Below, piece by piece: positions 45,297 to 50,667 of a stretch of DNA of 50,667 nucleotides. The notes below the pieces were generated by a model. It ran no database searches, was not told the origin of the DNA, and worked only from the letters and a program-made list of their open reading frames with translations. The DNA is from Candidatus Heimdallarchaeota archaeon (GTDB taxonomy: Archaea > Asgardarchaeota > Heimdallarchaeia > Heimdallarchaeales > Kariarchaeaceae), in NCBI GenBank assembly GCA_027077875.1, contig JALWRB010000326.1, positions 1 through 50,667 of the forward strand, in the 5' to 3' direction. How positions within the stretch are numbered: position 1 is the stretch's first letter; each line of letters opens with the position of its first letter. Position numbers and translations under genes: made by a program.

Positions 45297-45629
45297 CTAG
45301 ATGGGATTGAGTGAGGGGTCAAGTTTTACGGCCCACCTCTTAATACCCCCGGCTATATTGAAGACATTGTCAAAGCCATTCTCCCTGAGGTAACGGGTCA
45401 CATTTGCTGACCTATTCCCCGACCTGCAGAGAATACCCACGGGTCTGTCCTTCGGGATCTTATCCATATTGTAAGGAATGTCATTCATCCGGATGAAGAT
45501 CGATCCTTCGACCTTCGCTGCGTCAATTTCCCTTGCTTCCCTGACGTCAATAATCGTGATTTTTCCGCTGCTGAATTCTGGGAGAATCTCCTCTGGAGTC
45601 CTGCTCGGTACTTTAGAACCAAACATCAT
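45297..45629 (-). CDS. Single-domain rhodanese (sulfurtransferase)
   Basis: IIDVRE, active-site CRSGNRS and NIAGGIKRW. Confidence 0.9.
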   Translation of the reverse strand: MMFGSKVPSRTPEEILPEFSSGKITIIDVREAREIDAAKVEGSIFIRMNDIPYNMDKIPKDRPVGILCRSGNRSANVTRYLRENGFDNVFNIAGGIKRWAVKLDPSLNPI

Positions 45630-45670
45630 ACTCTGAGTTCGTCTGACCGAATTAAAGGATTGGGATAACT

Positions 45671-46108
45671 CTATAGGGGCACCTTGGCTTTATTCTCAGT
45701 TTTATTCTGCATTTGTACTTTCTCGACGAAGTGGAGGACAAGATTGTCAATCTCCTTGACAACCTCTTGATACCAGTTGTCCACCTTTTCCTTCAGCTCT
45801 GCCTTCACCTCGATAAGAGAACGAGGATGGTAGATGTACTTGTATCCTGACTTACCGTCCACGCTCACCTTCTCTCGGGTGACCAACCCTATATCGATAA
45901 GTTTGTTTAGAGCTCTGTTGATCTTTGTGCGATCCGACCGATCCATGTGCTCCATCAGACCATTTATGTCCGATACCCGCAAGAGCTGTAGTGAGCAAAA
46001 GGTCTCGAACTCTAGATAGTTCAGCCCGTAGATACACTGCACCAACTGCTCGCAACGAGGATTAGAGTTAATGAATTCAGCTGTAGAGAGTGGCTCCTTC
46101 CTGAACAT
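45671..46108 (-). CDS. Archaeal TrmB-like HTH transcription regulator (COG3355 type)
   Basis: C...CIYGL, DRTKINRALNKLIDIGLVTREK and GYKYIY motifs. Confidence 0.8.
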   Translation of the reverse strand: MFRKEPLSTAEFINSNPRCEQLVQCIYGLNYLEFETFCSLQLLRVSDINGLMEHMDRSDRTKINRALNKLIDIGLVTREKVSVDGKSGYKYIYHPRSLIEVKAELKEKVDNWYQEVVKEIDNLVLHFVEKVQMQNKTENKAKVPL

Positions 46109-46203
46109 CTTCGTAAGACTATATACATATTGCTATATAAAGTATATTTCCCTGCCCTAGATCAGATCGGATTATTCTTGAATTATGTGTAGAACTGAAC
46201 GAT

Positions 46204-46974
46204 ATGGTAGAGTATAATGCTTCCGCAGGATGCGTGACGATCGAGCAGGCCGCGGAGTCTTGGGAGCCTCTCCAAAAGTACGTGAAAAATGGGAGAATAG
46301 ACCTTGGGGATCCTGCAGCTCTGCTTGAGTACAACCGGGGAATATTGTTCCGACTGACGGGATTCTCCATCGAGGTTCCCCGGGGTAACCTCATACCTTC
46401 GATCTGCCTAAGACAGACCTACATCAGAATCATAGAGGATCGCCTACCCGGAGTGAGGACAGTGGTGGACGTGGGAACAGGAGCCTCCGCGATATTGGCC
46501 TTATTAGCTGCCAACCGCGGGTACAGAGTGCTGGCAACCGAGATCGACCAACGGTCACTGGAGTACGCACAGAAGAATTCAGAGGTCAATGACCAGCAGA
46601 TCGCCTTCTACCGGAGTACAGGAGGAATACTGGATGGAGTCCTCCCCGAGAATCTAAGAGGGGAAATCGACCTGTCAATGACCTACCCCCCGTTCTATCC
46701 CGATGATCGTCCAGGGTACACCTCCAAGAAAAAGCGTGGGTTCGGGGGTACCGACTCCGAGCTGTTTGGGGGTCGGACAGGGATAGAATTTATCAGGGCG
46801 TATATCGAAGATTGTTCAATATTTCGAATTAAGTATTGTACATTGATGGTTCACAAAAAGGTAGTTGTTGAGAATATTATAAAAATATTCGAGACATTAG
46901 GTCATCGAACAGAGGTCATTGATGTGATTGCTGGACGACGTAGACGCTATTTGGTCATCGGATACGACGAGTAA
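46204..46974 (+). CDS. RlmF/METTL16-related SAM-dependent RNA methyltransferase
   Basis: GNLIPSICLR, VDVGTGASAI, ATEID, YPPFY and GGTDSEL.GG motifs. Confidence 0.8.
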   Translation: MVEYNASAGCVTIEQAAESWEPLQKYVKNGRIDLGDPAALLEYNRGILFRLTGFSIEVPRGNLIPSICLRQTYIRIIEDRLPGVRTVVDVGTGASAILALLAANRGYRVLATEIDQRSLEYAQKNSEVNDQQIAFYRSTGGILDGVLPENLRGEIDLSMTYPPFYPDDRPGYTSKKKRGFGGTDSELFGGRTGIEFIRAYIEDCSIFRIKYCTLMVHKKVVVENIIKIFETLGHRTEVIDVIAGRRRRYLVIGYDE

Positions 46975-47145
46975 ATATAATGGGAAATTACTTTCTTCGA
47001 CATGTCAATCCATGACATGATTGTTTTCGAATTGTTGAATATTCTCTCAATACTGGGCAATAATTTAATTTATTTTGGGACATAAAATTTTTTTCGGGGT
47101 TACTCTTATAAACTACCTCTGGGAGCTTGGATAATAATAATCCGG

Positions 47146-47901
47146 GTGATTAATATCAAGTTTCTTGAACAAGTACAGAAATTTATGAAAGTATTTGTAG
47201 TCCTTGCAGTGGCTTTGCTACTGATTTTTCTGGCCTACGTAATACCTTCCAACTTTGCCAATCGGTACGACTTTACTGGTACGTACCTCATTGGTTTTGA
47301 GGCAGACGAGGGAGTATTCACCTTCGTTAGACTCTTCCTCATCATCATGGAAGCGATCTGGTTGATGTTCTGGGCGGTCTTCTACTTCAAGGTGGCCAAG
47401 GATGCCACAGGAGAGAAGGACGAGACCACACATGCTAAAGTCACAAACTTCGAGAAGTATTACTTCTGGGGTGTTGCCACATTCCTTCTCTTCCTTGTTA
47501 TCGCCAGTTTTGTCGTCCCCTACGCCTTCTATGGAGACAAGTTGACACATTTCCATGCACCCGATGAGCCCGATTCTATTACAGTCTACGTCAAGGGTAC
47601 AGACGGGTTCCAGTGGAAGTTTGACACGAATGGGGATGGTCAATATGACGACGATCCGAACAACTTCTTCATCAGAGGTCAGAAGTACAGACTTGTGGTA
47701 TCTGCGGAGTCATTCTCTCATGGATTAGGGATATATTCTCCGGATGGTGTGATGCGTGGGCAGACCAACATCAATCCGGGATATGAGGCAGTCCTCTATC
47801 ACACCTTCGAGCAGAGTGGTACCTACACCTTCCTCTGTATGGAGTATTGTGGAATTGGACACCATAACATGAAGACTGATGTTATTGTAGGAGGTAGCTA
47901 A
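47146..47901 (+). CDS. Heme-copper oxidase subunit II (CuA)
   Basis: N-terminal TMs, FQW, and CuA ligands in SHGL and CMEYCGIGHHNM. Confidence 0.9.
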   Translation: MINIKFLEQVQKFMKVFVVLAVALLLIFLAYVIPSNFANRYDFTGTYLIGFEADEGVFTFVRLFLIIMEAIWLMFWAVFYFKVAKDATGEKDETTHAKVTNFEKYYFWGVATFLLFLVIASFVVPYAFYGDKLTHFHAPDEPDSITVYVKGTDGFQWKFDTNGDGQYDDDPNNFFIRGQKYRLVVSAESFSHGLGIYSPDGVMRGQTNINPGYEAVLYHTFEQSGTYTFLCMEYCGIGHHNMKTDVIVGGS

Positions 47902-47902
47902 A

Positions 47903-49393
47903 GTGGCGATGGAACAGAACAACGACCTTGATATCGCCAAGGAGATGTCCCTCGGGTACTACCTCACAGGTGTAACTATCCTCGCTGTGGCTGCCCTCCT
48001 TGGGTTCATTGTGAGACTCAGTCAGACTGGGGCCTTGGGAAATGTACCCCAGCTCTACTACACCCTTATGACCCTTCACGGGATGGCTGCTTTCGTTGGG
48101 TGGGGCTGTTTCGTGGCAATGGGTCTCACATGGTACACACTCGTCAAGCACCTCGACTCACCACTCCATAGCACCAAGCTGGTGATGTTCATCTACTGGA
48201 ACTTCATGGTGGGAGTCCTACTCCTCGTTGTTGCCGCACTCTTTGGCAACTTTGGTGGTTCTTGGGTGTTCCTTTATCCCCTGTCCTTCTATGGGTACTG
48301 GGAGAACTGGGCTGCGTTCATGTGGAACCTAGGGGTTGCACTGGCAGGGATTTCCATCATCCTCTATGGTGTCGAGATCCTCCTCACGATAAAGAAAGCA
48401 GGTTTTGGTCTTCTGGATGCATTGGGCTTTGAGATCCTCAAACCCAGTAAGTGGAAGGAGGGCGAGAAGAGGGTACCCCTGCCGATTGTTCCCCTTGCGG
48501 TCATCGGATGGGGGATGATTATTGCCACACTGCCATTCGCCTATCTCCTCGTCTACACCCTCCTCGAGTTCATGGACCTTGTCCCAAGGATGGACACACT
48601 ACTTGCTAAGAACATGCTGTGGTGGTTCGGTCACCCTGTGGTCTATCTCATTCTCTTCCCTGTAGTCTCCTTTATGTACAGTATAGTCATGGACTACACT
48701 GGTCATGACATCATCGGGGAGAAGTGGGCAAAGAGCGCGTGGTTCGTTGCCACAGTAGTTCAGAACTTCATCGGAGCTCATCATGTTTACGCAGATCTTG
48801 CCCAACAACAATGGGTTCACGCAATCAGTGAGGTAGGAACCTACGCAATAATCCTGCCGTCGCTCGTATCCATCTTCTCCATCACCGGTACGATCTACTT
48901 GTACAAGTTCAAATGGGACGTTGCTTCAAGCTATGTCTTCGTGAGTCTGACATTCTGGCTCTTGGCAGGGATGTCTGGATGGGTCAATGCGACGATTGCT
49001 CTGAACGAATTCGTCCACAACTCACTATGGGTGGTCGCTCATTTCCACACAATGGCCGTTCTGGCCCTCTCAACCCTGCTCTTCGGTATGGCCTTTCACA
49101 TTATGGATCAGTACAAAGGTGTCTACTCCAAGAAGATGGCCAAGGATGCCCTCATAGTCTACGTCGTTTCAGGAGTTGGGTTCGTCCACCTCTGGTTCAT
49201 TCAGGGCCTGTGGGGAGGGATCCGTAGATCCTACCGTTCTACGCCCGAGAGCCTGAACCTCTTCACATGGATATCACTGGTCTTTGCCTTTTTCCTGATG
49301 TTCGGCTTGTGGATGAATTTCTACAACTCTTACATGAGTCTGACTCAGTCGGGTGAGAAAGTGAAGGAAGAGGTTGCTGTCGCCGCAGATTGA
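47903..49393 (+). CDS. Heme-copper oxygen reductase subunit I, B-family (ba3-like)
   Basis: TLHG, WWFGHPVVY (His-Tyr cross-link pair, no A-type HPEVY Glu), AHH, AHFH and RR motifs. Confidence 0.88.
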   Translation: MAMEQNNDLDIAKEMSLGYYLTGVTILAVAALLGFIVRLSQTGALGNVPQLYYTLMTLHGMAAFVGWGCFVAMGLTWYTLVKHLDSPLHSTKLVMFIYWNFMVGVLLLVVAALFGNFGGSWVFLYPLSFYGYWENWAAFMWNLGVALAGISIILYGVEILLTIKKAGFGLLDALGFEILKPSKWKEGEKRVPLPIVPLAVIGWGMIIATLPFAYLLVYTLLEFMDLVPRMDTLLAKNMLWWFGHPVVYLILFPVVSFMYSIVMDYTGHDIIGEKWAKSAWFVATVVQNFIGAHHVYADLAQQQWVHAISEVGTYAIILPSLVSIFSITGTIYLYKFKWDVASSYVFVSLTFWLLAGMSGWVNATIALNEFVHNSLWVVAHFHTMAVLALSTLLFGMAFHIMDQYKGVYSKKMAKDALIVYVVSGVGFVHLWFIQGLWGGIRRSYRSTPESLNLFTWISLVFAFFLMFGLWMNFYNSYMSLTQSGEKVKEEVAVAAD

Positions 49394-49456
49394 TCACCAT
49401 TCATTCTTTAAACTACTTTACTAAATTGTTATAAACATCCAAAATATGTATTTGAT

Positions 49457-50110
49457 GTGGTAAAGGACACGATTAGGTTAAATGATCTACCCACAGAGCT
49501 CCTCACCAAGACTTTGAATGAGAGTTTGGGTAGGACCAATCACAAGATAACCTTGGAGAGTACCGCGGAATTTGAGTTAAGGTACATCATTCAGAAATCT
49601 CGGCTCAGGACGATCATGATGATCCGCAGGTACCGCCACAAACCATTGTATGTTGAGGTCGATGTCAACAACAGGATCCTCAGGGATCTGAGCGAGGATG
49701 CAAAGAAGCAAGCCAAGAGGCAGGCATCGTCCGACCGCAACAATCTCGGATTGAGGTATGGCTACTTCTTTATCTTCTATGGGATCTTCTTTGTCGCAAC
49801 GTTGATTGCCACAAGTTCGGAGGTATTCCGAACTTGGCTTGAGCAGACGACGAATCAGATGATTTTTGGAGGAGCAATGGTCAGCATTGCAGTGGCCATC
49901 TTCTTTGTTATCCCGGTCATCCAGAACCGAAAGATCTCTGCGCTTGAGAGGTTCGACCATGAGATCCTAGAGATCGTCCGAGCAAGCCTAATCGATCTGC
50001 AAAAATCCAGTTTGGGAAATATCAAGTCTGTGAAGTGCTGGAATTGTTTCGAGGAGGTAGATGCCTCCAAGAGATTCTGTGAGAAATGTGGTAAAGAGAT
50101 AGCCCTGTAG
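49457..50110 (+). CDS. Two-TM membrane protein with C-terminal zinc ribbon
   Basis: Two hydrophobic helices and CWNC...CEKCG. Confidence 0.75.
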   Translation: MVKDTIRLNDLPTELLTKTLNESLGRTNHKITLESTAEFELRYIIQKSRLRTIMMIRRYRHKPLYVEVDVNNRILRDLSEDAKKQAKRQASSDRNNLGLRYGYFFIFYGIFFVATLIATSSEVFRTWLEQTTNQMIFGGAMVSIAVAIFFVIPVIQNRKISALERFDHEILEIVRASLIDLQKSSLGNIKSVKCWNCFEEVDASKRFCEKCGKEIAL

Positions 50111-50667
50111 TCACCTGAATCTGTCACTCTGATGGACTATAACATTTGTGTGCTTGAAGTCGATTTTAGAGAGATCCCCCCTACTGAACGCGGTCGAGGA
50201 TATGTCCAGCTGGACAAGTTGGTCAAGGATCTCAGGATCGATTGTCTCGAGGTCCGAGGCCCAAAGTCTGAGATCTTTAAGTTCGGGGAAAGAAAGGAGA
50301 GTATTCGCGACATGCTCTATATTAGTAAACGATAGATCAAGAGTCCGGAGGAGGGGATAGTGTTCTCCCACTCTAGGAATGTGACTGATTGGGTTGCCGG
50401 CTAGGATAAGGGTACGTAGGGTAGATTCATCTTCTGGGATGGGGAATTCCGAAATACTTGAGAAGCTACCGTCAAGGTTCTGGATATTCTTGATCCTCAT
50501 CGCCTCCTTGACCATCTCCTCGGAGCTGGATCTTATAGAGAGTGTCCTGAGATTGGGCATTTGCGAGAGGATATCACACATCCCTTCACTGTTTTTGAGC
50601 TTGTTAATCCTGAGCATCTGCAGGGATTTAAAATCGAGGATTTCCCCCGGGATCTCCCCGAATATCT
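50111..50667 (-). CDS. Leucine-rich-repeat protein, 5'-truncated by the window edge
   Basis: LRTLILAGNPISHIP, LRTLDLSFTNIEHV and LKDLRLWASDLETI repeats. The frame stays open to the window end (IFGEIPGEILDFKSLQ before M at 50617). Confidence 0.85.
   Translation of the reverse strand, partial: IFGEIPGEILDFKSLQMLRINKLKNSEGMCDILSQMPNLRTLSIRSSSEEMVKEAMRIKNIQNLDGSFSSISEFPIPEDESTLRTLILAGNPISHIPRVGEHYPLLRTLDLSFTNIEHVANTLLSFPELKDLRLWASDLETIDPEILDQLVQLDISSTAFSRGDLSKIDFKHTNVIVHQSDRFR

Noticed and set aside
11-50360. Numerous 60-280-aa ORFs antisense to or nested in called genes (e.g. 329-880, 9197-9859, 12203-13036, 25383-25970)
   Set aside because: These are shadow ORFs expected from GC3-rich coding sequence. 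They lack motifs and overlap well-supported genes.

Overview
Archaeal chromosomal window, probably Asgard/Heimdallarchaeia-like. This assignment is an inference from TATA boxes ~22-27 nt before many starts, two LRR proteins (one fused to a degenerate small-GTPase domain), many zinc-ribbon proteins, a tungsten AOR with a SAMP/MoaD gene, an F420/LLM oxidoreductase and a B-family heme-copper oxidase. About 45 CDSs cover housekeeping and accessory functions, including an RPH-like phosphotransferase, QueC, DUF72, an SDR, EamA, an ABC module, an OLD nuclease, OsmC, a LeuA-family enzyme, MutY, an MFS pump, an MCP, a hybrid histidine kinase, SurE, an RNase III-like protein and an RlmF-like methyltransferase. 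I recognised no rRNA, tRNA, CRISPR array or transposase. The most notable unexplained elements are: (1) a ribbon-helix-helix + winged-helix gene preceded by a helically phased array of nine GWCRYGWCA sites, resembling an operator or centromere; (2) a TATA-driven ~123-nt fold-back RNA candidate with a C/A-rich loop, lying antisense to a 29-codon ORF; (3) a ~1-kb extremely AT-rich ORF-free stretch between convergent genes; (4) an AT-richer module pairing a secreted protein with an ABC transporter around a symmetric divergent promoter; (5) several small ORFs missed by the ORF track. All calls come from reading motifs by eye; no database searches were run.
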